Shown here one piece after another: positions 36,132-47,298 of a stretch of 64,000 nt of DNA; the stretch's first letter is position 1; every line of letters begins with the position of its first letter. The stretch spans positions 55,366,001 to 55,430,000 of the forward strand of contig CM060733.1 of the NCBI GenBank assembly GCA_030704615.1, given 5' to 3'. The position numbers were made by a program, and so were the translations under genes. The DNA is from Takakia lepidozioides. Taxonomy: Eukaryota; Plantae; Bryophyta. A model generated the notes under the pieces. The model was not told the origin of the DNA. It was given only the letters and a program-made list of their open reading frames with translations, and made no database searches.

Positions 36132-36190
36132 CCTCATATATGATGGAAATTCCCATTTCAGTATTGTTTGATGGAAATGTGGCACTGCAG

Positions 36191-39100
36191 GGTAACTGAG
36201 AATGCCTTCATGCCACCAACTTGTCCCATATGCTCTTCCGAGTGAAGGATGTCGGGAAGCAGGGGTGCAAGAGTTTGCCAATTCCCTCAGTGCCGACCTC
36301 CTGCGCAAGTCGGAGGCAAAGGCAGACAGAACCTGGTATAGGCTGAGCGTCGACGCCATGGTGGACTACATATTTCGGGTAAAGCTCCTGATAGTTTTGT
36401 TGAGCTAATCTGTCTCTCCTCCCCCAATAGAAGAAATTGTGTTGAGCATGATCTTTAATCTTATGTGCGCATTCTTGACAGACGAAAATACAGCAGGATT
36501 TGGCACATGCGCGGAGGTTCTACATGGAGTCAGAGGAGAAGAATCCAACCCTCCCGGAACTCGAATCGTATGTCAAAGCTGCGGAGGGAGAGGGCCCACA
36601 TAAAGTACAAGTCGCGGATGGTAAAGTACGTGGCCATAGCTGATCCCGCCCTTGGTGCCGACTTTCTGGTGGAGGTGGGGAAGCACTACTCTCGCGCTCT
36701 GAAGCCCACGATGACATTGGAGAAGCTCCATCGTCTAGCCACATCCTGTGTGGATGCAACAGAAAAGGTGATACATTCTTAACCAAATTGTGGTGGCAAC
36801 AACTCCTTTTTGTGGTGTTTGGCGCTTACGAATATGCTGGGTGGTTGGACAGACCCGGTGGCTCCAAATCTGGAATGGTTCCCAAAGTACCAGGGACATG
36901 TGGAGTTTCCCAAACCGGACAAACTCTCTGACCCCACATTCGACATGTGGATGAACCGCATGACATGGTGGTTTCAGGTACTTCCCTACGCTTCGTTTGG
37001 GGCTTCTACTCTAGTAGGGGTGGATTCATTGTATTTTTTCAGGAAAGCGATCTGATGGAGAATCTCCACAGGTGACGATGAATGCGCAAAGAGCAGCTGG
37101 ACACAACAAGCACATCAGTTCAAGATGGAGATATCTCCTGCGCAGCAGAGAGCCTACGTGACTATGTGACGAGGACTTTATGCTCTACAAAACCAACCTA
37201 TTCTTTCGGTGGGAGATAGCAGATGCTCGCCGGAGCCACGAGTTCACCGACCAGCCGAACGCGGACAAAGCAGCAATGCACCTTCTGTACATGTACATAC
37301 GCGCTGCCTTTCTTTCAAGTCCTTGCATTTCAGGATGTTAGAGGCCTCAAGTGGTGTTAGGGAAAATGGCGCCGAATTTCCAGTCAGGGCCGAAAATGGC
37401 TAAGTCCCTAGACAGGCTGGCCCGGAACTGGAAATTCGGCGCCATTTTCCAGTTCCAGGCCCTATTGCCGTTCAGGGACTTAGCCATTTTCGGGCTAAGT
37501 CCCTAGGGTTGCTGGCCCTGAACTGGAAATCGGCCCTTTCCAGTTCTAGGCCCTATTGCCGTCCAGGGACTTAGCCATTTTCGGGCTAAGTCCCTAGGGT
37601 GGCTGGCCCGGAACTGGAAATTCGGCGCCGTTTTCCAGTTCCAGGCCCTATTGCCGTTCAGGGACTTAGCCATTTTCGGCTAAGTCCCTAGACTGGCTGG
37701 CCCTGAAGTGGAAATTCGGCGCCATTTTCCAGTTGTAGGCCCTATTGCCGTTCAGGGACTTAGCCATTTTCGGGCTAAGTCCCTAGGGTGGCTGGCCCGG
37801 AACTGGAAATTCGGCGCCATTTTCCAGTTGTAGGCCCTATTGCCGTTCAGGGACTTAGCCATTTTCGGGCTAAGTCCCTAGGGTGGCTGGACCTGAACTG
37901 GAAATTCGGCGCCATTTTTCCAGTTCTAGGCCCTATTGCGGTTCTGGGACTTAGCCATCTTCGGCCCAAACCGGGAAAAATGGCACCGAATTTCCATTTC
38001 AGGGCTTCCAAGATGGCTAAGTCCCTAGGGTGGCACTCACCGAAAACCGAAATTCGGCGCCATTTTTCCATTTCTAGGCCCACTCACATCCGCCCCAACC
38101 TGGGAAAATGGTGCCGAATATGCATTTCAGGGACCTCATTGTGTTTTTCATGAATGCAGGTACTGCAAGTTCTCCCTTTTGGAGAAAGGTCATCTGTCTT
38201 TCGAGCCACCATTCTTCCTGGCATGGAGGAACCTTGGGGCTGACTCCATGTACACTGACGATATTGTGAAGGAGTGGCATCTGGAACATTTGCGTGATTG
38301 CCGAGTTTCAATTGAAGCTGGATGCTGAATTCCGACGAAACCGGGCTCCGCTGCCTCCGTTGGGTGCAAAAGAGGCAAAAGCGCTTGCGAACTCCAGGAA
38401 AGCGGCAGAGCTTGCTCAGACAGGAATTCTGGAGAAATTGCATGAGAAGAGTAAAGGCCAAAGGAAAAGGACAAGGAAACAGGTGAGTGCAGTACACCCC
38501 AAAAAGAAGAAAACCATCGGGGCATCGGAGGAGGCGCAGGAGGGGACCCAAGAGAGTGACTCGGACGACGACTTTGTTCAAGGTCCTGCGATTGCTGTTG
38601 CTCCTACCTAGTCACCGGTCGTCCGGGTTCCCAAGTCAGTTCGGAATGGGACTGGCTCTGCCAGAAGTTGGCATTTGAGGGCGAGCCTACACGGCGGTAT
38701 TCGGCGGTGACGTTTACGCACAGGCCAAAGCTAGAACCTCCAACCATCATCCAATGCGTCAATGAGAGCTTCCTTGACGCTCTCGCTGCCAGGGCGAAGA
38801 AGGTGGCACACAACAAGTCTCTGGCGGAGCAGAAGGGGAAAGCCAAGAAGAGGGCTGGCGGTACAGAGCCTAAAGACACCCCTGGTTTTGAAGCCATGAT
38901 GGAATTCTTCACGGCTGTGAGCACGAATTGCAAGAGCACTCGGGGGGGGGGGTTGAGGTGGAGAGAGCTTGCGACATGATTCTCCTCGACATTCTAGATG
39001 GGGAGCTGCTGGAGGGCCTGGATGGTGTGCCCACCTGGAACAGGTTTACTGAGGACTACTGGAAAGCCGGGTTTGGGCTGGCAGGGATGCTTCTGGATGA

Positions 39101-40468
39101 CGGTGGATGTGTGGTTGCCCTTGCCACGAGAGGGAAGACCACAGAGAATGCGGTGGCAAGGTGGACACCGAAAAGTGTCACCCCGGTCCTCCTCAGAAAA
39201 TGGTTCTACATCAGTACACAGGGGTTGCGAACAGAGGGCCAAAGTGTAAGTTATCAATCTTTTGCATTCACCTCATATTGTGGTGTATGTTAAGTAGACC
39301 CTGGAGTTGATCCCTTCTTTGTTGGATGTGCAGACATTGGTGTTTGAGGCATATTGCTTTGTGAAGAGAGGGTCTACGTTCAAATTCCGCAACGACGGTC
39401 GTCTTGTTGATGCCGCTGTGGACCCTGTAACCTACGATGTCCTCTACAACTATGTGCCCCACTCCAGTATGCCGAAGGACACAAAGACAGGCAAACCGTG
39501 GCGGTACAGCCGGACCCGGAGCCCTGCTTTCATCCAAACCCTCATGGAGACGTGCTCGGATGTCCAAGGGCGGATTCTGGACCTCACATGCGGCACGGGT
39601 AAGCCTTCACGTGCTCAGTTTGTCCCCTGGCCCGATTGCAATTGCATGCCGCAAGCTATTAACCGCCCGCTTTGTTCCTCAGGTGCTTCAATGTGGGCAG
39701 GGACGTTGTCCGACAGGCATGTGTTCGCCTTCGAGCCAGATACTGCCCTCCACAACTCGGAACTTACAGCGGCTGAACGTCTGCCGAAAGAGGAAGAGGC
39801 ATCCTCGGAGGATGAGGAAAAATCTGAGAAGGAGCAGGGGGAGGAAGTTGGGATCGAGGCCGAGGAGCCCCCGGTTTACGAGTGAGTGGTGGCATTGTAA
39901 GTTGCCTCCAGATTTTGTGAGGCACCTCCCTCCGCTCTCTTATTTCATTGAAAACCCTTTGTGGTTGTGCTGGTATTGACATTCTTGAAGTGGATTTGTT
40001 CTTACTGTAGGATGCCAAGTACTGCCGGAGGGACGTCTACACCGGAGTTCATGGGCAGGAGGAACGTGCCTTTTTTTGCCAGGGGGGATTTCATGCCTAG
40101 TCCAGAAAGGGAGTAGATCCTTCCTACTTATGCTGCCCGGCTTGCTTCGGTGTCCATTAGGAGGTGTTCCGAACGTAGTCGTGTACAGCAGATTTTAGAC
40201 GAGGCAAGCCTCAAGAAAATGAAGATGAGGGAGGAGGCAGCAGCTATTAGAGCCCGTCGGGCTCGTAGATTTGTGTTGGATTCTGCTAAGGAAAGTGGGG
40301 GAGAAGACGCAGAAGATTCCCAGGAGGTGAGGTGGACAGTCCCCCAAGAAGAGGACGGGATTTTTTAGAGGCATAGTGGAACTGATGCATCACAGAGCTC
40401 GAGACGAGGGGGATGAGGGGGATGAGGAAGAAGGTGGGGCAAGTTCCTCGGAGGGTGTAGGAGAGTAG
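36191..40468 (+). pseudogene. Remaining exons of ParB-MTase gene A, including beta-class N6/N4 DNA methyltransferase-like domain (~38970-39740)
   Basis: CAG|G GTA ACT GAG AAT joins exon 1 in frame (INS-VTEN). CDMILLDILDG (motif IV position), WN..YW..LLDDGG, RSPAFIQTLMETCSDVQGRILDLTCGT|GASMWA..RHVFAFE (motifs X/I). Several GT-AG introns, frameshifts and stops. Confidence 0.72.
37361..38128. repeat. Intronic array of ~95-bp units, each with GGAAATTCGGCGCCATTTTCC and an AGGGACTTAGCC/GGCTAAGTCCCT inverted repeat
   Basis: Motif starts at 37430, ~37526, 37616, 37710, 37805 and 37900, with inverted copies at the edges; lies before acceptor CAG|G (38160). Confidence 0.9.
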
Positions 40469-41149
40469 TGCCCATTCCGGCTATGACAGTTAGAACACAC
40501 TTGTATAGACGTGGCTTGCCACAAAATTTGCAAAAAAATGTTGCATTTCAAGTCCACTGGTGCCACATTCCAACTTCACATGACCCTATTTCCGTGCCTC
40601 CTAACCCTATTTCCGTGGACTCACAATGGTCTGCTCATGCTTTTTTTTTTCCGCTCATGCTCATGCCGCTCATGAAATAGCAGCCCCCACTAAAGTACCA
40701 AGCAATAGATTTAGGGACTCAACTACAAAAGTCAAACCCAACGAGATGAACCAAACTTCTTTACTTTGTGCTACATGTCCCTTAGGTCAAAAATTCAATC
40801 ATGACAACAATATCAGGTGCCCTAAACTTTGCATGACCCTAACTATAGATGCATCGGGCAACTGTGAAGGCAACTTAACCCCATGTAACACATAAAAGTT
40901 TGCTGAACATCTACTGTGAGCTAGCTTCAGTGCAACACTCGTGTTTTTTCCCACGAGTGTGGGAAAAAACAAGAGGTTCACATTGGTGTGAACCCCAACT
41001 ATGGAGCCTGTTATGGACCAGATATGATCATTTGCTGAAGAATGGATGCAGCCAAATAATACATTCCAGCATTCAACACTGTTGACAGTCAAATTTTCTT
41101 TCAAACTTCGTCCTGGATGATACAAAACAGTTATTTTCAGACCACATAC

Positions 41150-42600
41150 CTTGTTTCAAGTCCCACCAAGCCACATACTCGTGCTGCTATTCCCACACCA
41201 CCATGGGAAATTGAAACAATGTCATTGGCATCCGGACCAGGCTGCAATCCCTCAACAGGAAATCTCACTGTCAACACTCACACCATATAAGGGAAATAAC
41301 CCACAGGTAAAACCCACCTCCCCATTGTTGCTACTACTTGTCTCAGTCAAGATGGGTGGAAAGTTGTTGAAATGATTCAGGAGTGAAGAATGCATGACCC
41401 TAACGTCTGTTGAGTATTGATTACTTGTTCACTTCCATTGATGTACATTCAAAAACCATCACAGCACAATTAGGTAAATAGAATGTTCTGATGAGATCCC
41501 TGAAACCGTTCACTTGCCATAGCCTTATCATCCTTGCCGGAAACTAATCCTCCTGAGGTTTGCACCCAAATCGAACAAGCCCAGATGCTGGCAGGGCATG
41601 GGAGGAAGAGTAGGAAACATGTATATTCATACCAGGTGACTGGATCCAGTCCGCCGCAGTTCCAGTGGCTTTCTCCAAAAAGACTATCAAAGTCTCTTCT
41701 GCAATAACCAACAATCTGCCAACATACCTTCATCAGTATTGTCTGACCATACAGGAGCTTGTCGCAATTGTAACTTGATATGGATGCCTTATTGACTCTG
41801 GGTAAGAATGAACATTTGCACATGAGAAAGTGGGATATGTTTTGGAGACAAGTCAAAGACAAGGTGGTTGTGAAGACCTTCCCCCGCGTTTTCCACTCAT
41901 TAAGTGCCGTAGACAAAAAAAATTCCTTGAGCATGAAGAAGTCAAGAGCTAATAGACTAGGACAGACAATGTCAGTAGGGAATGCTGGGGAGTTGCATGT
42001 GGAGGAGGCCACCGGTGATTACTGAGTCGAAGCTGGTGTCTGTGGAGGCCAAGCCAGCCTGTCCATGCACCAGCATGCTAAGACCCCCATGCGTTGAACT
42101 CTCGTCCCCTCCATGATGCCCACCCACCAGAACAATAGGCGCCTTTTTCTTTGGAAGTCAGAAGCCTGAGGAAACCAACTTACACAACCTCACCTTTGAT
42201 AAGCAAGCTGATCTTTGCAAGTGTGTTGAGAAGTAATGTGATTGTAAACCAAAGGAGACATTTGTTCTCTTGGAGAAAAGAATGCAATGGGTAGCTACAA
42301 AAGGAAACCAACCTGTTCCACAGGACGGCATTTGCCAGGAGAAGGGAATGCAGCAAGATCCTGCAGCTGCTGGCGCAAGAACTGGTTCTCCAGGGTTAGT
42401 TGGGACGTATGCTTTGCAAGGCGCTCATTTTCCTCCATCAGTAGCTTATTCAGCGCTGTCAACTTCGCATTGACACTCACTAGCCTTGTCAATTCCTTTC
42501 TTTGCTTCTCCCGACAGTTGTAGCATTCAGCAGCGTCATATATTTTTGTTTCTCTCTATGTGCATGTAATATGGTGCTATCGATCCAGAACCAAACCTTC
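41150..42600 (-). pseudogene. Class III HD-ZIP gene fragment (homeodomain end, leucine zipper, START N-terminus)
   Basis: KVWF; CREKQRKELTRLVSVNAKLTALNKLLMEENERL; ASTDTSFDSVITG; IAEETL..FLEKATGTAADWIQSPGM; PGPD..IVSISHG..GIAAR.CGLVGLE. Splice sites mutated. Confidence 0.85.
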
Positions 42601-43266
42601 AAGCAATCTCTGGACATTGTCATACAATCCACGACTAACATGAGCCAATAAGGACTTCACTGCACCAACTAGAATGGAATTAAAAAGGTTACTAGCTGTA
42701 ATAATCCACCCAATAGAGACATCTTGTGCACAACATGGCAGGGGTTTCACTCTACATCCTCACTACTAGTCAAGACCTGAAACCAGGATCCAGTGCAATA
42801 AATGTCCTACCCTAAATGCCACAACACGTGCAATGTATGGAATAAAAAAGTTGGAGCAGTTGGTTGCGGCGAAAGACTGCCTACAGCAACCCAAACACCT
42901 TCTACTCACTCTTTCAGAAGTGGGCAAAGATTTCAAAGAATTACTCATGGTACAAATTTGTTCAAAAGAATTGTACATTGTTCATTGTACAATATAGTTT
43001 CATATTTTTCAACTACAAAATCAATCTTACCAATGTGCTGACCCCTCATCCAAGGGAGGAGAAGGGTCAAGGATGATCAATTGGGTGAGATGTGGCAGTG
43101 CTTCCAAAAGCAGGTCTTCCTCCTTCTCCATGGCACGTTGATGTAACCGTGCGTCTCCATGGGTCAGGTTCTCGTCCTTCATGGCAAGGTTGAGCTGCCA
43201 ATTCAATTTCAATGTTAAGAATGCATTTCAATACCAAACAAAGAATTCAACTTCAATGTTAAGAGG

Positions 43267-44093
43267 CTAGTTACTGCAGACCCTTACCACATGTGCAAAG
43301 AATGCAGCTTGCTCCAAAGTTAGTTCAACTGGTTTATCTGGGTCATAGTTGCCTCCGAACATGACCTTCGCAATAGCACCGTGAAATGCAGGTGAACCAT
43401 ATGGATCTTCACGACCATCCTCAAGCCTCTGCATGCGCAATTTACCTGAAAAACAAATCCAATGTTCAAGTAGGTGAAGAAACAACTGTGACAGTCCATC
43501 ACACATGATTCAAAGATAGATGGTCAAACAAGGACTGGATCTTCCTTTATTGATCTCCATCACTAAGAAAGAACAAGAACATTCCGAAAAGGCCACCTGA
43601 ATACCACAGCCTCCACTGCCACTTCTGAGAGAGAATTCTTTTGACAAGAATCCGTTGGTTTGCAGATTTTCCAAATCGCACAGAAGATGATCGTGGCTGA
43701 TAAATAGCACAGTAATAATAGGTTTACAATAGGTTTACCTTCACCCAAGAATGCAAGCCTTCCTTTCCATGCCTCTTTCTCCCTCACAGATGCATTCAGA
43801 GGAGGCTTTGGTATTCCTAAAATCCAATACAACTCCTCTTTGGCCAGGCGCGTATAATGCCCCCTGGTCATCCGAATGTGTGCCATTGCATGACGTCGCA
43901 AGCCAGCTTCATTTCTATCTTGTGGCCCCCATTCTCGGTCCATCAACTGTCGCATTGCAGTGTCCCCCTCATCTACACCATGTGCAGTCATGATGGCTTC
44001 TTTTACCGCTCCTTCATCCGGGTAGAGTGTGCTTACAGAACTATCCTTTCCTAGGAGGAGTTCTCTTGTGATCATTGGCATCTTCACCTGCAA
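43267..44093 (-). other. Unknown spliced ORF, probably a TE accessory gene
   Basis: Coding-like exons with GT/AG borders; no recognisable family. Confidence 0.35.
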
Positions 44094-45149
44094 TTATGGT
44101 TGCGAAAATTGTCATATATTATACAGGAAAAGCTAGCTAGGAGAATTCCGGAAAGAGAAGAAGCAGAGAACAGAGCATGGTCTAGGAAATAGATAATCAA
44201 ACAATTATTCAGTCTCCCCCTGGAAAGAATTACTATACAATTATGCTTGTGGAAATTGATAAGAATTATACTGGAAGCAAGCTAGGAGAATGATGGAAGG
44301 TGAAAAACAGAGGAAAGGGATAGCCAAACATTTTCTCACTCTTCTCTTGCAATTGATACAAACTATACCGGAAGCCAGTGAGGAAGGATAAGCAGCAGAG
44401 GATAGGGCATGGAGAAAACAGTGAAACAGCTAGAAGTATACCTTGACAGAATCCCATTTGACACAGGCAGCTTTCTCGGCCCCCTTCCTTAACGCTAGGT
44501 GAAGGCTGTCTGTCAGACTTCCTATCTACTTCTTGAATGTTGCATTGTCACTTCGAAATTTTTTCAGGAGGAGGCGCTCATGCGCGTTTGGACCGTTTTC
44601 TTGTTGACTCCTAATCCTAATTCCCTCTCCCATTGATGGTTGACTTTCTCCAGTTGGTTGTTGATTCTCTCCCAATGGATGTCCCGTTGGTTGTTGATTT
44701 TCTCCCAATGGTTGTCGGCTCGCTCCTCCTTCAGACTGAAGTCGGCTTCCACTGCTCGCTTCCGCTCACGATGGTTGACGAACATTTCCTCTACCACGGT
44801 AAGCAATTCCACCACGGTAAACCTGAACAGCAGGGCATGAAGGAGCTCTGTGATCACCTGCATGTGCATGATGTCCCTCAATTTGTGCATTCAATCTATC
44901 TCCAACATATGGAGGTGTTACTCTATGCCTTCTCGATCGATACAACGCTCGGTCCCTCATGTCCCTCGGTCGCTCGGTACGTAGCAAAATCTCTCTCAAA
45001 CAGAAACACGATGGCTTCCATGTCAATTCAAGATCCACTGCACCACCATTGCTCCAGAAGCTTCCAAAGCACAGCGCGTAGCGAGAAAAAGAAAAGTGCA
45101 AAGCGGGAGCCTCCAGGAGTCCTTCCATTTCGTCGTCTACACTCTTCCC

Positions 45150-46961
45150 CGCCCATGGGATGGATGGATTGCAAAACAATAACCTGCATGTGCTCTTTCT
45201 TGTAGTTTGGGGAGAGGTGAGACTGAGGTATGAGCAAGTGAGGAAGATTAGGAGATTCCATTTGCAATGCTGGATGTGCAATATACTTGCAAAGAATATG
45301 CCTCCCTTGGGGATCGAGACCCGGTAGGATTCATGCTCTCCTCAACAGCAAAGTGCTCCCATGCCTGATTGATGGGCCTTAGAATGAAGGAGTGTTGTTC
45401 TCCCACCCTGTCAAAATCTCCACTCCAATTGGTATTCTGAGATGAAAGATAAGTATGACAAGAGAACAAAAAACCACAAACAATTCTGACATTGCTAGGT
45501 TGCATGAATGGAGGAACATTTAATTGAAGCCCAAGAAAACTGATAGAGAAGGTATAAAGGCTAGTCAGTTGTTGCAAGTGCATGAATGTACAAAAGAGAG
45601 CGAAAAGAGGGAGAGAGTGGGAAAACTAACCTGAGAGCAAGACCTGGCAAACTGTGATCCTCTCCAACCTCAACACAAGCAATAGGAGCAGACAAAGGTG
45701 GGCTGCCAGGGGCTGCAGACTGGCACACAATGCTGACAGAATCCACGTGCATGACTACATTTGCTGTTACACCTGTAGCTGGAAGTATATTCTGCTCTCA
45801 GTCACAGGTCCCACAAAAATCTAGGTTGCTTAGTAACTTTACAAGGGACTGCAAGGAAGAGAGCAGTACTTGTTAAGCTTGGCTTGGGGTACCCTAGAGA
45901 CAGGGAGTGAGGGAGAGACGACAACAGTAGACATGTAGGGCAAATGGAAATATACAGCAAACAACAGACAAGAGGGAGACCAGATAAGGAAGAGAGGCAC
46001 CTCAACAAGGACACATATGAGATCCTGGGTGTTGCAATTTGCAAAATAAGATTCCAATCTAATGGGTTGCAGGATGGCCAACTTGCGCTTCCATCGCTTC
46101 CCAGGAACATAGGGCCATTGCAGCCCACAGTGAGCAGAGAATCGCTGGGGCTCTAGGACAGCCCCCCTGAAGGAGAGAAGCCCCTCACTTCCATGCCATT
46201 GTCAAGACCTATGATGACCTGCCCAATGAAGAAGCGCATCCACCATGATTTCTTATGGGATGCTTCAATAAATTACAAGTGAACTGGCAATACACAAGTG
46301 CCTAGCTTCTAACCATGGTAGCTCCTATACAGAAATCAGGGAATTACTACACAGCCTTCATTCCAAACCTGTACCAACATGCATTGGATACACCGTGTCT
46401 GAACAGTTTACTCTGACAGTCACCCTTCATTACTTTTCAATATGACATATCACACAAACAACAGCCTTCCATTTGTTTTACCCAAAAATGAAGGAAAGCA
46501 ACATAGTGAGGATGTACCGCAACATCTCCATTTCCCAAAGAACGACATGCTATGGCTGCCCTAGCAACACCACCTGCAGCCGCTGGGTCAAACTGCCCAT
46601 GTTCCATCACAACAGGCTTGCAACCATGAGCCCCTGCATTCCTCTCACCATCTGATTCATCTTCGTCTGAGGACCCAATGTGTGTCAGTCCCTCCCAGCT
46701 CCGCTGCCTCCCAGAATGCTCAACCCCCTTACTTCCAATACGAACCAAAAAGTGAGAGTTCTTGAAGCTCTCTAGCAGCATTAAATTTCTCTTTCTGTGG
46801 CCCTTAGATTGAACAAGCTGCTCATTTGATGACAACCCTGCAGTTGTTGCAACCAGATTTCCTCCCTGTGTTGTGGTAAATCCCTTCCCTTTCAGATACT
46901 GTGGGAATCTGGCCCCTCCATCTGCTGACTGAGCCAACTCAAAGTCAAATCGTTTCCTCAC
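45150..46961 (-). pseudogene. Fragment of a conserved plant gene, TRIPP/At3g17900-like (from memory)
   Basis: FKNSHFLVRI, GQFDP...GGVAR..C.SLGNGD, WKRKLAILQPI...ANCNTQDLICV, PIACVEVGEDHSLPGLALR|RVGEQHSFILRP. Confidence 0.55.
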
Positions 46962-47298
46962 CTATGTTGTGTCATCCCACCTGCCAGCTGCGGCATATTG
47001 AGAGGCTTTACTGTAGACATAGACACTGAAAGCACACAAACACAAACAGACATACACACACAGACACAACCAAACAAAGAAGGGGCTGGAGGAACAAATG
47101 AAGAAGACAGATAATGAGGTTGGGGGCCAGAAGAGCAAAACTGCAAATCCCTTGTGGATCTCTTGCTCCTTGTGCAAGGTGGAAATAAAATATAGGTGAA
47201 GCCGGCGACCTTGAACTCTGGTGCAAGATCTATCATTCTTTCATAAAACGTTCTCCCATCGACTTGGAGGTGGGATTTCAATCCTCGTACTTCCAATC

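Larger units (their letters stand above)
1..40684 (+). mobile_element. ParB-MTase element, copy A (left end outside window; interrupted by the 35-kb Gypsy nest)
   Basis: Gene collinear with copy B (20515-25716). End block 40580-40684 is a reverse-complement homologue of 17345-17475 (GCTGCTATT(T)CATGAGC..., ATGAGC repeats). Confidence 0.65.

Noticed and set aside
16-40468. Bacterial or phage contamination as the source of the ParB and MTase genes
   Set aside because: The genes have spliceosomal introns conserved between copies and are contiguous with plant TEs and host genes.
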